From a virus (lineage: Duplodnaviria; Caudoviricetes): a stretch of DNA of 62,323 nt. Location of the stretch: the IMG/VR virus record IMGVR_UViG_3300043442_000825, positions 1 through 62,323 of that record. One strand, written 5' to 3'. A model generated the notes under the pieces. It worked only from the letters and a program-made list of their open reading frames with translations, was not told the origin of the DNA and ran no database searches. Each line of letters starts with the position of its first letter. The stretch's first letter is position 1. A program made the position numbers and the translations under genes. Shown here piece after piece: positions 1-12,400 of this stretch.

Positions 1-3000
1 TATAATATTATAGAGAATGAGTCAACTTATGACTACATTACAATTCCAAACAAACTAAATCAAACAATAGATGTTGTTGGTGTATCTCCAGGATCAATTG
101 ACAGTGTTGGTATTTTAACTGGAGGAAATAATTATAAAGTAAATGATCGTATAGTATTCAATAATATTGATTCAAATCAAAATATTAGAGGTTACTCTGC
201 TTCAGCAATAGTATCAAAAGTTTCTGGAAAAACAATTTCTAACATAAGTGTTTCTAGTAGTACATTGAATAATGTAGAATTCTACCCAATTGGTAATAAA
301 GGCGAATATGTACTGTACACAGATTCTCCACATGGATTCACCAATTTTGATTTAGTTTCTATAACAGGATTGAGCACAACTTCTTCTTTAATAGAAGGAA
401 ATTACATTGCAGGAATAGAAACAAGTAAATTATCTCTTTCTGGGATTGGAACAACGACTATAGGAATTGGTACTGTAGGTGCGACTGGAATAGTTACTTT
501 TATTTCAGTAAAAGGTTCTTTAGGATTTTTAAATATAAGAGAGAATGATATTTTTGGATTAAACGGAGAGAAGATTAAAGTATTAAATATTGACAATGTA
601 TCATCAAGATTAAGAATTTTAAGACAAATTGATGGTACTATTGGTGCTTCTCACAGTGTAACATCCGTCTTATATGAAGATCCAAGAAAATTGAAAATAA
701 ATTCTGGATTTAAAACGGATTATTCATATACAATCAATAAGGAAATCTATTTTAATCCAGTTGAATCTGTTGCTATTGGAACAAATTCATCAATTGGCAT
801 TGGATCAACAGTTAGATTTTCAAATCCAGGAGCTGGACTAACAGAAGTTTTTATTGGAAATAGTTTGATTTATCTACCAAACCATAATTTAAACACAGGA
901 GATTTGTTAACATACAAAACAAATGGAGGAACTCCAATATCTGTTTGGTCTGTTGGTGTTGGCACAACATCACTATTCACAAATACGAATGTATATGTTG
1001 CAAGATTTGATAAAGACTTTATTGGAATTTCGACGGTAAAAGTTGGATTGGGAACAACTGGATTCTTTGCGGGAATTGGAACAACAACCAGCAATATTAG
1101 ACCACTATTCTTTACTGGATTTGGAACAGGAGTTTATCACAGTTTTACAACCAACTACTCAGTGATAACTGGAAAAGTTTCAAAAAATGTTGTAACCGTT
1201 TCTACTGCAGAAACTCATGGTCTTTCCAATGGCGATTATGTAGAAATTGATGTAAATCCAGAATTAACTACATCTATAATTGTCAAATATGATGATCATA
1301 ATAGAAAACTGGTAATAAATCCAAAATCATTCTCATCCCCCAATGTGAATATTGATACAAATTCAATTATAATAAATGATCACAACTTTAAAAGTGGTGA
1401 TAAGGTAATTCATACTTCATCACTACCATCTGGTGGTCTTTTAAATGAAGAAATTTATTATATAATCTTTGTAGACAAGAACACTATTAGACTTTCCGAT
1501 AGTTATTACAATTCAACAAAAATAAATCCATATGCAATTGATATTACGAGTGCTTCTTCTGGATTTTTATCGTTGGTAAATCCACCATTAAAGCTTTATA
1601 AAAATTCATTAATTGAATTTGATTTATCAGATCCATCGCTATCATATAATTATCAATCAACTAGATACCCCGCATTTAGATTTGAGATCTATAAAGATAG
1701 TAATTTTTTAAATGTTTTTGATAGTTCACAAGTTAGTAGAATATTTAATGTACATAGAGATGGAACAGTTGGCATTTCAAGTGATGCAAAAGTTAGATTC
1801 ATTGTAAATGAATATCTTCCAAAAGTTTTATATTATAACTTAGTTCCAGTATACGATAGTGTTTTACCACAAGAAAAGAAAGAAATATCATCAGATAACT
1901 CTGTAATTTCATACAATGAAATTCAGATAGAACAAAGTATATACAATGGACTCCACGAAATAACAACCCCATCATCAACTACATTTAGATATTTTCTTGA
2001 AAAGGAACCAGAAGCAGTTTCATATGCATCATCAACTTCAATTTTGAAATATTATACAAATTCATTAACTGCTTTTGGACAAATTAAAGATATAAAAATA
2101 TTGAATAAGGGGGTAAATTATTATTCATTACCTTCAATTTCCACAGTATCTTCTCTCAATGGAAGTAATGCTGTTCTTGAAGTAAAGAGCAATTCTATTG
2201 GAAAAATTAAAAAAACAAGAATAATTGATGTTGGATTTGATTATCCATCAGATTATACTTTAAAACCAAAAATTTCTTTACCAAAAATAATTAAAATTGA
2301 TGGTTTAGCATCCATAGAATCAATAGGTATAACTTCATTTGGTAGAGGTTATATTTCTCCACCAAAACTTTTAGTTTTTGACGGAAAAACTAAAAAGTTA
2401 GTCCCAGAAGTTGATTTGAAATATACTTTAGGGAAGCAAAACGTAGAAATTAAAAATAATACTTATGGAATTTATAATACTCCCCCAACAATACTACCAG
2501 TTGAAAATTCAAATGGAGTTGGAATAAAAACCATATCTTACAATAGTTCCTCTAAAAAAGTAACTGTTGGATTATCAACAGGGTTTAGTATTCCAGGATC
2601 TTTCCCATTCCAAGTTAATGATAGGGTTCTAATTGAAAATATAAGCGTTGGAATTAATTCCTCCGGAAAAGGATACAACTCTGAGAATTATGATTATCAA
2701 TTGTTTACATTAACTGAAGTTGATGAAAATATTGGTGGTATTGGTTCTGTTACTTACAGTTTGGATGGATATTTACTCGAATCTGAATTCCCAGGATCTT
2801 TTGATCCATCAAATTCTGCTGGTAGAATAATACCAGAAAAATTCTTCCCAGTATTTTCAACTGTATTATCAACAAATGATTATAAAATTGGAGAAATTGT
2901 AAAGTCTGGCAATTCTGAGGGTGTTGTTGAAAATTGGGATTCATTCACAAACTATCTTAAGGTATCAACAAAAGACAGTTTCTTTGTTGATGATAGAATA

Positions 3001-6000
3001 GAAGGTCTCTCATCAAAAACTCAAGGAATCGCTTCATCAGTTACAGAATTTGATTCTTATGCAGTTCTTGATTCAACATCAAGATTTAAAACTGGGTGGA
3101 AAACTGATGTTGGATTTTTAAATGGAGATCAACAGAGAATGCAAGATAGTTTTTACTATCAAAATTTCTCATATGCTATAAAATCAAAGATACCTTTTGA
3201 CACATGGAATGATGCGGTAAGTACATTAAATCATACTGTAGGATTTAAAAAATTCTCAGATTTGCAAATAGAATCCAAAATATCGGAAGAATCCAATACT
3301 TCATTAACCGTTGGTGTTTCAACTGAAAATACAAGTGTTGAAACCATAGTCGATATGGTTGGATATGGAGATATAAATTGTGTTTCTGATTTTGATGTTG
3401 CAAAAGAAAATTCTTTAAAAATTAATTCAAGAGTATTTTCAAATCAAATATCCTTTGAGAATAGAATTCTCACAGATTACTTTGAATCTTTTGGTAACAG
3501 AGTGTTATCAATTGACGATTTTAGCTCAGAATTTAATAGTAATCCACGTCCAACAAATTATAGTGATGTTCATAGATTTGATTTACGTTCTATAAGAGCT
3601 CAAAAATATCTCACTTTTATAAAGGACAGGAGATATACTGGGCAAAGGCAGGCAATGCTTGTTACATTGCTTCATGACGACGCAGTTGGTTATTTAAATC
3701 AATATGGGAGAGTGGAAACCACATATGACTTGGGTTCTTTTGATTTTGCAATAGATGGATCTGAAGGAATTTTACAATATTATCCAACAAGGTTTACTAT
3801 TAATGACTATGATGTTGCAACAATATCATATAATATAAAAGATGATATGGCAGGTATTGGTAGCACATCTATCAGTTCTGCAGTTACTATTGATACATCT
3901 AATGTAACTACAGTTGGTATTGCAACTACAACGATTGTGAGTTTTGCTAAAACGAGTTTTACTTCATCAAAGATTTTTATAGAAATTGCAAGTGATAGTG
4001 AGTATGAAATAGATGAAATAAGTATTGTTCATGATGGAACAAATATTGAAATGATTGAATATGGGCAGTTAACATCTTCACCATCACTTTTATCATCAAG
4101 CGGATTTGGAACATATTATCCATATATTTCTGGATCAAATGTAAAAATAGACTTTATTCCAAATTCAAGTGTAGGGTCTGCAACAACTATTAATACCATA
4201 AAAGTTTCTCTTGCTGGAACTTCGATAACTGGTATCGGTACTCTCGATATTAAACATGCACGCTTAGAAGCAAGAACACTAAACATCCCATCTTCAGCAT
4301 CGCCAGGAATTACTACAGTTTTAAGTTATTCTGGTGAATATAGTGCAGCATATTGTTTGGTACAAGTATCAGATCTGACAAATAATAGACATCAGTTCTC
4401 TGAAGTTGTATTAATCAATGATGATACTGTTGAAGATGCATATATCACTGAATTTGCAAACATTGAAACTTATGCTGGACTTGGAACTATTGGTGGATCA
4501 GTTACTGGATTGGGTCAAACCACACAGTTAATTTTTAAACCATTACCAAATATTCAGACCCAAGTAAAAGTTTATGCAAATATTTTGAGAATTCAAGATG
4601 ACACTAAAGATGTAGTTGATTTAAATAATGGAACAATAGAAACAAACAATGGTGTTTATTACGGAACAGAAAGAGATTTAAGAAGATCATTTGATCTAAA
4701 GCATAAAACTTATCCAATTTTTGAAAGATATTTTGCTGGATTCAGTTCTTCTGTAATTAATGTTGATGAAAATACTATTGAACTTCCAAGTCATTTCTTT
4801 GTGACTGGAGAAAAAGTAACATATAATTACGCAGGTGCAGGAACAACGCAAGCTATTGGAATTGCAACTACAACTATAACTGGATTGGGATCTACAGATA
4901 AACTTCCAACTGAACTTTATATTGTAAAAATAACTGAAAATAAGGTAAAAGTTGCTGCATCAGCAACTGATGCACTAAAATCAATTCCAAATATTTTAGA
5001 TTTATCTTCTGTTGGGATTGGAACTTCACATAGATTTACTGCACACAATCAGAATGCTAAAGTAATAGTTGCTTTAGATAATATCATACAATCACCAGTT
5101 GTTGCAACATCTCAAACAACTACTTTGTCTAAAAATGTATTTACTACAGATGATATACTATTCTTCAGTGGAATAACATCATTCTTTGGTGGAGATTTAA
5201 TACGTCTCGGCAATGAGATCATGAAAATTGATTTTGTTGGTGTTGGTAGCACAAATGCAATACGGGTAAGAAGACCATGGCTTGGTACAGTTGTTGCCGG
5301 ATATGCAACTGGAGATCTTGTAACAAAAGTTACTGGAACTTATAATATTATTGGAAGTAATATTAACTTTGTAGAGGCTCCATATGGAAATGTACCTTTA
5401 TCATCAACAACAAACAGACCAGATGAAAGAGATTGGACCGGCATAGCAACAGGATCTCACTTCCAAGGAAGATCTTTCATGAGATCTGGAATAACTAATA
5501 GCTCAAACGAATCTTATTACAAAAATTATATTTTTGATAATGTATCAAATTCATTTAATGGGTTAAATAGAACATTTACACTTAAAAATTCTGGTTCAAA
5601 TGTTTCAGGAATTTCAAACGAACATGCAGTCATTTTAATAAATGACGTATTCCAAGGACCAGGAATAAGTGCAGATTATACACTGATCGAATCTTCCGGA
5701 ATAACATCTGTTAGATTTGCAGGGACTGCATCATCAGTTTCGTATGACGTGAATAGTTCCAATCTTCCAATAGGGGGAATAATACTCTCGGTTGGTTCTA
5801 CAGAGGGATTTGGATATCAACCACTTGTTGCGGCTGGAGGAACTGCTATAGTTTCTGGACTAGGAACTATTTCATCAGTAAGCATTGCAAATAGTGGATC
5901 TGGATATAGAGTTGGAGTACAGACGGTAAGGGTTGGTGTACAAACTTCAGATAATAATGGATTCTACCTCAAGTTCATTGGAACTGCAGTTGTAAGTAAT

Positions 6001-7896
6001 GGAAATATTGTGAGCATTGGTATTACTAATCCTGGCGTTGGATATACTTCATCAAATCCACCAAAAGTCGTTATTGATACTCCACTATCATACTCGGATA
6101 TACCTTTAGTTTATAGTTCTTCATCATCTGGGTTTGGAACTGCAGCAACTGTGGATATTGTTGTTGGTCAAGGATCTAGTGTTATTAGTTTTGAAATTAA
6201 AAATACTGGTTATGGATATAAAGAAGGTGAAGTTCTAACAGTTCCAATTGGTGGAAGAACTGGAATTCCAACTGAATCATCATTTAAAGAGTTTCAACTG
6301 ACAATACAAAACATTTTTGCAGATAAATTTACTGGATGGTCAATTGGAGAACTTCAATTGATGGATGATATATCAGACTTGTTTGATGGGGAAACTAGAG
6401 CGTTCCCACTAAAAGTTTCTGGAAATCTAGTATCAATTAAGGCATCTAAAGGATCAAACATTAATGTTCAAGATTTATTACTAGTGTTCGTTAATGATGT
6501 ACTACAAGTTCCAGGAGAAGGGTATATTTTTAATGGTGGTAGTATAATTACATTTACTGAGGCACCAAAAGGAAATAGTTTAGGAATTCCTGGAACAAAT
6601 GATAAATGTAAGATTATCTTCTACAAAGGAAGTGGATCTGTCGATGTTGTTGAAAAAGATGTTCTTGAAACTGTCAAAGTTGGTGATAAATTAACTTTTG
6701 GGTATGATTCTTCAACTGGACAACCATCTTCTTTACAGGAAGAGGAAAGAACGGTTACATCAATAGTAGCAACTGATTTGGTTAATACCAATCCATACTT
6801 TGGACCAGGAAACACTGAAGATGAATCTATTGCTAGAACCATAACTTGGTGTCGTCAAACTGAAGACAAAATAATTGATGAAAAAGAGATATCTAAAGAT
6901 AGAATGCTATACGAACCTGCTATAAATCCTGTCGCATATTTGACAAAAACTGTTGGTATCGGATCTACTATTGTTTATGTCGATAATCTCAGACCATTCT
7001 TCAACCAAATCAATGAAAGCAGCACTAGTTTAACCTTCCAAAAAGAGATCACATTTATCTCCCAAGATACTAAGACATCAGCAGCAGCAACTGCAATAGT
7101 TTCTACCGCAGGAACAATAACCTCAGTGGTTGTTAGTGATGGTGGTTTTGGATATTCTGTTGCCCCAACAGTAATATTTGAAAATCCAGTTGGTTTGGGA
7201 ACAACTTACAGAGCTTCTGGTATTGCTACTATTTCTTCGGCAGGAATAGTAACATCAATCTCCATTGTTGGAATGGGAACTGGATATTCTCAAGAAAATC
7301 CTCCAATAGTCTTTATTGAACCACCAAAATCTGTGTCAGAAACAAATACTGTTTCTCAATATAAAGGAGACTTTGGTTTTATAGTTGGAATTTCGACAAC
7401 TTCTGTTGGAGTTGCAGTAACAGGTATTGTTTTTAACCTTGCTATTGAAAAAAATTCTTTCCTAAGAAATGCCTCAATAACTGGAGTAACAACCATCAGT
7501 GGAATAACAACCGGAGATTATTTTGCAGTGTTTAACACAAATGTTGGGCATGGTGTTACTTCATTAAATGAAAGCGGTCAAATCATAGGTATTGGATCAA
7601 CTTGTTTGGATAACATCTACAGAGTTGCTGCAGTTTCCATAGCACAAACAGGTGCTCCTGGACTTGGTATCACCTATGTTGCTAGAGTTACTGTTAGTGT
7701 TTCTGGTTACAATAGTTTAACTGGACTCGGATATAGTTCATTCTTCGGTAACTATAGTTGGGGAAGAATTGATCTCGATTCAAGATCTGCTGAAAATTCT
7801 TTCAATGCATACACCAGATCGGCATATATAGGAATATCAACAGGAACGCTGGTCAGAAGATCGAAGTCTCTGAAGTATTTTAATTATATTCCATAA
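1..7896 (+). CDS. Giant baseplate wedge/structural protein (gp7-like), 5'-truncated by the window edge
   Basis: The frame is open from base 1 (tat aat att...), so TTG at 265 is not the true start. G/S/T-rich beta repeats (ITNPGVGY...P) and a DSFYYQNFSYAIKS...HTVGFKKF segment. Lies directly upstream of gp8, as in T4-like cyanophages. Confidence 0.7.
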   Translation, partial: YNIIENESTYDYITIPNKLNQTIDVVGVSPGSIDSVGILTGGNNYKVNDRIVFNNIDSNQNIRGYSASAIVSKVSGKTISNISVSSSTLNNVEFYPIGNKGEYVLYTDSPHGFTNFDLVSITGLSTTSSLIEGNYIAGIETSKLSLSGIGTTTIGIGTVGATGIVTFISVKGSLGFLNIRENDIFGLNGEKIKVLNIDNVSSRLRILRQIDGTIGASHSVTSVLYEDPRKLKINSGFKTDYSYTINKEIYFNPVESVAIGTNSSIGIGSTVRFSNPGAGLTEVFIGNSLIYLPNHNLNTGDLLTYKTNGGTPISVWSVGVGTTSLFTNTNVYVARFDKDFIGISTVKVGLGTTGFFAGIGTTTSNIRPLFFTGFGTGVYHSFTTNYSVITGKVSKNVVTVSTAETHGLSNGDYVEIDVNPELTTSIIVKYDDHNRKLVINPKSFSSPNVNIDTNSIIINDHNFKSGDKVIHTSSLPSGGLLNEEIYYIIFVDKNTIRLSDSYYNSTKINPYAIDITSASSGFLSLVNPPLKLYKNSLIEFDLSDPSLSYNYQSTRYPAFRFEIYKDSNFLNVFDSSQVSRIFNVHRDGTVGISSDAKVRFIVNEYLPKVLYYNLVPVYDSVLPQEKKEISSDNSVISYNEIQIEQSIYNGLHEITTPSSTTFRYFLEKEPEAVSYASSTSILKYYTNSLTAFGQIKDIKILNKGVNYYSLPSISTVSSLNGSNAVLEVKSNSIGKIKKTRIIDVGFDYPSDYTLKPKISLPKIIKIDGLASIESIGITSFGRGYISPPKLLVFDGKTKKLVPEVDLKYTLGKQNVEIKNNTYGIYNTPPTILPVENSNGVGIKTISYNSSSKKVTVGLSTGFSIPGSFPFQVNDRVLIENISVGINSSGKGYNSENYDYQLFTLTEVDENIGGIGSVTYSLDGYLLESEFPGSFDPSNSAGRIIPEKFFPVFSTVLSTNDYKIGEIVKSGNSEGVVENWDSFTNYLKVSTKDSFFVDDRIEGLSSKTQGIASSVTEFDSYAVLDSTSRFKTGWKTDVGFLNGDQQRMQDSFYYQNFSYAIKSKIPFDTWNDAVSTLNHTVGFKKFSDLQIESKISEESNTSLTVGVSTENTSVETIVDMVGYGDINCVSDFDVAKENSLKINSRVFSNQISFENRILTDYFESFGNRVLSIDDFSSEFNSNPRPTNYSDVHRFDLRSIRAQKYLTFIKDRRYTGQRQAMLVTLLHDDAVGYLNQYGRVETTYDLGSFDFAIDGSEGILQYYPTRFTINDYDVATISYNIKDDMAGIGSTSISSAVTIDTSNVTTVGIATTTIVSFAKTSFTSSKIFIEIASDSEYEIDEISIVHDGTNIEMIEYGQLTSSPSLLSSSGFGTYYPYISGSNVKIDFIPNSSVGSATTINTIKVSLAGTSITGIGTLDIKHARLEARTLNIPSSASPGITTVLSYSGEYSAAYCLVQVSDLTNNRHQFSEVVLINDDTVEDAYITEFANIETYAGLGTIGGSVTGLGQTTQLIFKPLPNIQTQVKVYANILRIQDDTKDVVDLNNGTIETNNGVYYGTERDLRRSFDLKHKTYPIFERYFAGFSSSVINVDENTIELPSHFFVTGEKVTYNYAGAGTTQAIGIATTTITGLGSTDKLPTELYIVKITENKVKVAASATDALKSIPNILDLSSVGIGTSHRFTAHNQNAKVIVALDNIIQSPVVATSQTTTLSKNVFTTDDILFFSGITSFFGGDLIRLGNEIMKIDFVGVGSTNAIRVRRPWLGTVVAGYATGDLVTKVTGTYNIIGSNINFVEAPYGNVPLSSTTNRPDERDWTGIATGSHFQGRSFMRSGITNSSNESYYKNYIFDNVSNSFNGLNRTFTLKNSGSNVSGISNEHAVILINDVFQGPGISADYTLIESSGITSVRFAGTASSVSYDVNSSNLPIGGIILSVGSTEGFGYQPLVAAGGTAIVSGLGTISSVSIANSGSGYRVGVQTVRVGVQTSDNNGFYLKFIGTAVVSNGNIVSIGITNPGVGYTSSNPPKVVIDTPLSYSDIPLVYSSSSSGFGTAATVDIVVGQGSSVISFEIKNTGYGYKEGEVLTVPIGGRTGIPTESSFKEFQLTIQNIFADKFTGWSIGELQLMDDISDLFDGETRAFPLKVSGNLVSIKASKGSNINVQDLLLVFVNDVLQVPGEGYIFNGGSIITFTEAPKGNSLGIPGTNDKCKIIFYKGSGSVDVVEKDVLETVKVGDKLTFGYDSSTGQPSSLQEEERTVTSIVATDLVNTNPYFGPGNTEDESIARTITWCRQTEDKIIDEKEISKDRMLYEPAINPVAYLTKTVGIGSTIVYVDNLRPFFNQINESSTSLTFQKEITFISQDTKTSAAATAIVSTAGTITSVVVSDGGFGYSVAPTVIFENPVGLGTTYRASGIATISSAGIVTSISIVGMGTGYSQENPPIVFIEPPKSVSETNTVSQYKGDFGFIVGISTTSVGVAVTGIVFNLAIEKNSFLRNASITGVTTISGITTGDYFAVFNTNVGHGVTSLNESGQIIGIGSTCLDNIYRVAAVSIAQTGAPGLGITYVARVTVSVSGYNSLTGLGYSSFFGNYSWGRIDLDSRSAENSFNAYTRSAYIGISTGTLVRRSKSLKYFNYIP

Positions 7897-7899
7897 ATA
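7893..7899 (+). promoter_or_regulatory. T4-type late promoter (ATAAATA)
   Basis: Match to the gp55 -10 consensus TATAAATA, 16 nt before the gp8 start. Confidence 0.65.
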
Positions 7900-7915
7900 G
7901 ATAAAAAACTCAAAA

Positions 7916-9463
7916 ATGTCCGCAATTATAACTGATCAGATTAGAATATTAAACGCAAAAAATTTTGTTGCTGGTGTAACCAATGCAGCAAATTCTTACT
8001 ATTCTTTTATTGGCCTACCAAATCCCACAGATTATCAAACAAATTGGGATGAAAGTCCGCCACCACCAAAAGATAGTTTTGATGATGAAAATAATTATTG
8101 GGATACTATGATTGCTCTGAAGAAAATTAATTCTTCAGATGTTAGACAGGTTGTGCCAAAAAGAGTTTGGACATCTGGAACAACTTATGATATGTATCGC
8201 CATGATTATAGTAGATCAAATGTAGCCAAAGTTTCGGGATCAACTAATTTATATTCTTCGTTCTATTTTGTAATGAACAGTGAGTATAGAGTTTATATCT
8301 GTCTACAAAATGGAACAAATCCAGAAACTCCAAATGGAAAACCATCACTAGATGAACCTCTTTTCACTGATTTAGAACCAAGGGTAGCAGGATCAAGTGG
8401 AGATGGATATATTTGGAAATACTTATATACTATTAAACCGACAGATGTTGTAAAATTTGAATCTACAGAATTTATTCCAGTGCCTCAGGATTGGGAAACT
8501 TCGTCCGATAATTCTGCGGTAAGAAGCAATGCAGTAGATGGATCTATAAAAATAGTAACTATAAAAAATAGGGGAGTTGGTATAGGAACTGCAAATACTA
8601 CATATACTCGCGTTCCAATCAGAGGAGATGGAACTGGAGCAGAATGTACAATTGTTGTTAACGGTGATCAAGAAGTAGAAACTGTGGTGGTTTCAAGTCA
8701 AGGTTCTGGATATACTTACGCAAATGTTGATTTGGTTGGTGGAAATGTGCCAACTGGAACAACAAGACCAACTTTTGATGTTATTATTCCACCAAAGGGT
8801 GGTCATGGTAGAGACATTTATAGAGAACTTGGTGCATATAATGTCTTATTATACTCTAGAATTGAAAACAATAACGAAAATCCAGATTTTATTACAGGAA
8901 ATCAGGTAGCAAGAGTTGGAATTATAGAAAATCCAGAAGTTTCTTCAGGCACAGTATTAACTTCATCTCAAGCAAGTGCAGTTAACGCACTTCGCTTAAC
9001 GGGAACTGGTTATAGTACGGCATCTTTTACTTCAGATGCATATATTACACAAACCGTGTCTACTGGGACAACTGCTGTTGGTAGAGTAATCAGCTATAAT
9101 CAAATAACAGGGGTTCTAAAGTATTGGCAAGACAGATCTCTATCTGGATTTAGTACGGTTGGTATTGCACAATCTACACCAGCATATGGATTTGATTTGA
9201 CCGAGTTTACTTCATCACCAGGAAGTGGTGGTAATTTAACAATATTGGGCGGAACAGTCAATCTTTCAATTGATACTGCATTTACTGGTATATCAACAGT
9301 AATAAATAATAGAACATACTACCTTGGACAGTCATTTACCAATGGTCTTTCTGTTCCAGAAGTAAAAAGACACTCGGGAAATATTATTTACGTTGACAAT
9401 AGACCCGCAATTACAAGGTCATCAAACCAAAAAGAAGATATTAAAGTCATTTTGCAGTTCTAA
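7916..9463 (+). CDS. gp8: Baseplate wedge subunit gp8
   Basis: MSAIITDQIRILNA start, YRVYICLQNG, DGYIWKYLYTI and C-terminal QKEDIKVILQF motifs; synteny. Confidence 0.88.
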   Translation: MSAIITDQIRILNAKNFVAGVTNAANSYYSFIGLPNPTDYQTNWDESPPPPKDSFDDENNYWDTMIALKKINSSDVRQVVPKRVWTSGTTYDMYRHDYSRSNVAKVSGSTNLYSSFYFVMNSEYRVYICLQNGTNPETPNGKPSLDEPLFTDLEPRVAGSSGDGYIWKYLYTIKPTDVVKFESTEFIPVPQDWETSSDNSAVRSNAVDGSIKIVTIKNRGVGIGTANTTYTRVPIRGDGTGAECTIVVNGDQEVETVVVSSQGSGYTYANVDLVGGNVPTGTTRPTFDVIIPPKGGHGRDIYRELGAYNVLLYSRIENNNENPDFITGNQVARVGIIENPEVSSGTVLTSSQASAVNALRLTGTGYSTASFTSDAYITQTVSTGTTAVGRVISYNQITGVLKYWQDRSLSGFSTVGIAQSTPAYGFDLTEFTSSPGSGGNLTILGGTVNLSIDTAFTGISTVINNRTYYLGQSFTNGLSVPEVKRHSGNIIYVDNRPAITRSSNQKEDIKVILQF

Positions 9464-9469
9464 AGAATT

Positions 9470-12400
9470 ATGGCCCAACAAACAAATCTCAATGTAGCAC
9501 CGTATTTTGATGACTTTAATCCAAACAATGATTATCACCGAGTTCTTTTTAAACCTGGATATCCAGTCCAAGCTAGAGAATTAACAACTTTACAGTCAAT
9601 TTTACAGAATCAAATTGAAAGATTTGGGCAACATTTTTTTAAAGAAGGTGCAAAAGTAATACCAGGAAATACTGGATATAATGCACTTTATTATGCAATT
9701 CAAATTCAAAATAGTTATCTTGGAGTTCCTGTTGCAGCTTATGTTGATCAATTAGTAGGATCAAAAATAACAGGAAGAACTTCTGGAGTTACTGCAGTTG
9801 TAGACAAGGTTCTTTTACCTCAGGACTCCGAGAGAGGTAATTTAACTTTATATGTAAATTATTTAAGTTCAAACACCCAAAATAATTCAACCCAACAGTT
9901 TTCTGATGGAGAATTATTAGTATCAAATATTACTATTAGTTCGGGTCTTTTAGGAAATACAACTATACCATCCGGAGAACCATTTGCAGTTACTTTGGAT
10001 ACTAATGCGGCATCTGTTGGATCTTGCTTTAATATATCGGAAGGTGTATATTTTATTCGTGGAAACTTTGTAAATGTAAACACAGAAACATTAATATTAG
10101 ACCAGTATTCAAATACACCAAACTATAGAGTTGGATTGTTTATTAGTGAAGAAATAGTTACTTCAGATACTGACGAGGCACTGACTGATAATTCTCAAGG
10201 AAACAATAATTATGGAGCTCCTGGTGCAGATAGATTAAAAATATCAACATTCCTATTTAAGAAAAGTTTAACCGATTTTGATGACAATAATTTTGTTGAA
10301 CTTGCAACAATTGAAAATGGAGTTATTAGATCAAAACAAAATACAACAACTTATAGTTTAATTACTGATGAACTAGCAAGAAGAACTTATGCAGAATCTG
10401 GTGATTATGTCGTTTCACCTTTTGATATTTCAGTAAAAGAATCTTTAAACAATAGAAAAGGAAATAGAGGAGTCTTTGAAAGAGGACAATTTACTTATGG
10501 TGGAGCAACACCAAGTGATAATCTAGCATTATATCAAATATCTCCCGGTAAAGCTTTTGTAAGAGGATATGAAGTTGATTTAGTATCAACTTCATTTTTG
10601 GATGTAGAAAAACCAAGAACCACAAAAACTTTAACAAATCAGTCATTAATTTACAACACTGGTCCAACTTTAAGACTCAATAGAGTTTATGGTGCTCCTC
10701 AAGTTGGTCTAGGTAATACATTTGTTCTAAGTTTGCGTGATGAGCGCGTTGGAGTAAATACCGCATCTGCTGCAGGAAAAGAAATAGGTTTGGCGAGAGT
10801 TTATGATTTTAAACTAGAATCTGGTGCATATAATGCATCAAACAAGAATTTGAATGAATGGCACGTATCTTTATATGATGTTCAAACATTTACAGAAATA
10901 ACCTTAAATAATACAACGTCCTTAACGACACCTACTTATGTTAAAGGTAGTAATAGTGGGTCATCGGCTTTCTTAAAAGATCCTGTTACTGTTGGTGCAG
11001 CTTTAACATTGTATGATGTAAAAGGATCATTTATTCCAAATGAATCACTACTATTCAATGGAGTTGAATCCGGATTAATTGGTGTTGCAGTAACTTCATA
11101 TGGAATACCAAATGTAAAATCTGTATATGGACTAGTAAGTGCAGGTTCAACTTTTAACGCAGATACTATTCAAACTCCTTCATTAAATATTGGAATTGCA
11201 ACGATTAGCTCTTCTTCTAGCGGAGTGAGTACAATAAGAAGTTTAAGTTCGCTTCTCCCAGGAAATATAAAAGTTAATGATATTGTTCAATATACAGATA
11301 CATCAAGATCTGTAGATCCGATTTATGCAAAAGTAACTGGCATAGGAACAACATCAATAGCAGTTACTGGAGTTACTACAGTAACTGGAGTTGCAAATGG
11401 AACTCTACCATCTTCAACATTAAGTGTAACTGATCTAAAAGTTCTTAAAACAAATTTAGAATCATCTTTAGACAATACATTATACACAAAGTTACCAAAA
11501 AATAATATTTCAAATGTAGAAATTACAAACACAGTTTTATCAATCAGAAAGAGATTTACTGTTAATATTTCTGGAAATCAACTATCTGCAAATGTAACTG
11601 CTGGTGCAAATGAAACATTTGCACAATTTACTCCAGAAAGATATTCTTTGGTCAGATCCGATGGAACTTATGAGACATTAACCTCGGACAGATTTGCATT
11701 TATTGCAGGTGGAACACAACTTCAAATTTATAATCTAGGATCTAATGATACTGGTGCAACACTAACAGCAACTTTAGATAAAATTAATCCAAAATCGAAA
11801 GTAAAAAGAAAAAATAGAGTAAAATCAATTTTAGTAGATGCATCAAAATATGAAGCATCGGGTATTGGTGCAACAACATTTAATGATGGTCTAACATATG
11901 GAAATTACCCATATGGAACAAGAGTTCAAGATGAAATTATTTCGCTCAATAGTCCAGACATTATAGAAATACAAGGAATATACGAATCTGCAGATACTAG
12001 TGACCCATCTCCACCAAAAGTGGTTCTTGCGTCAATAACAAGTCCATCCTCTTCAACTTCAGAATTAATTATTGGTGAAGAAATAGTTGGACAAACCAGC
12101 GGTGCAATAGCAATAGTTGCTGAAAAATTAACAGCATCTCAAATTTCATTTATATATAAGAACCAAAACACTTTCAACGAAGGGGAGACTCTTCTATTCA
12201 GAGAAAGTGCAATTCAAGCTCAGGTTGTTACTTTAGATACACCAAGTTTTGATATATCATTTAATTATACGTTTAATAATGGACAATCTGGAACTCACTA
12301 TGGGCATGGACATATTACTAGAAAATCTGATGTATTTGAACCTGTTAGAAAGATAAAAATTTATTTTACTACTGGATATTACGAATCAACTGATGATGGT

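Noticed and set aside
265-267. TTG start for the 2543-aa ORF
   Set aside because: The frame is open back to base 1, so the gene begins outside the window.
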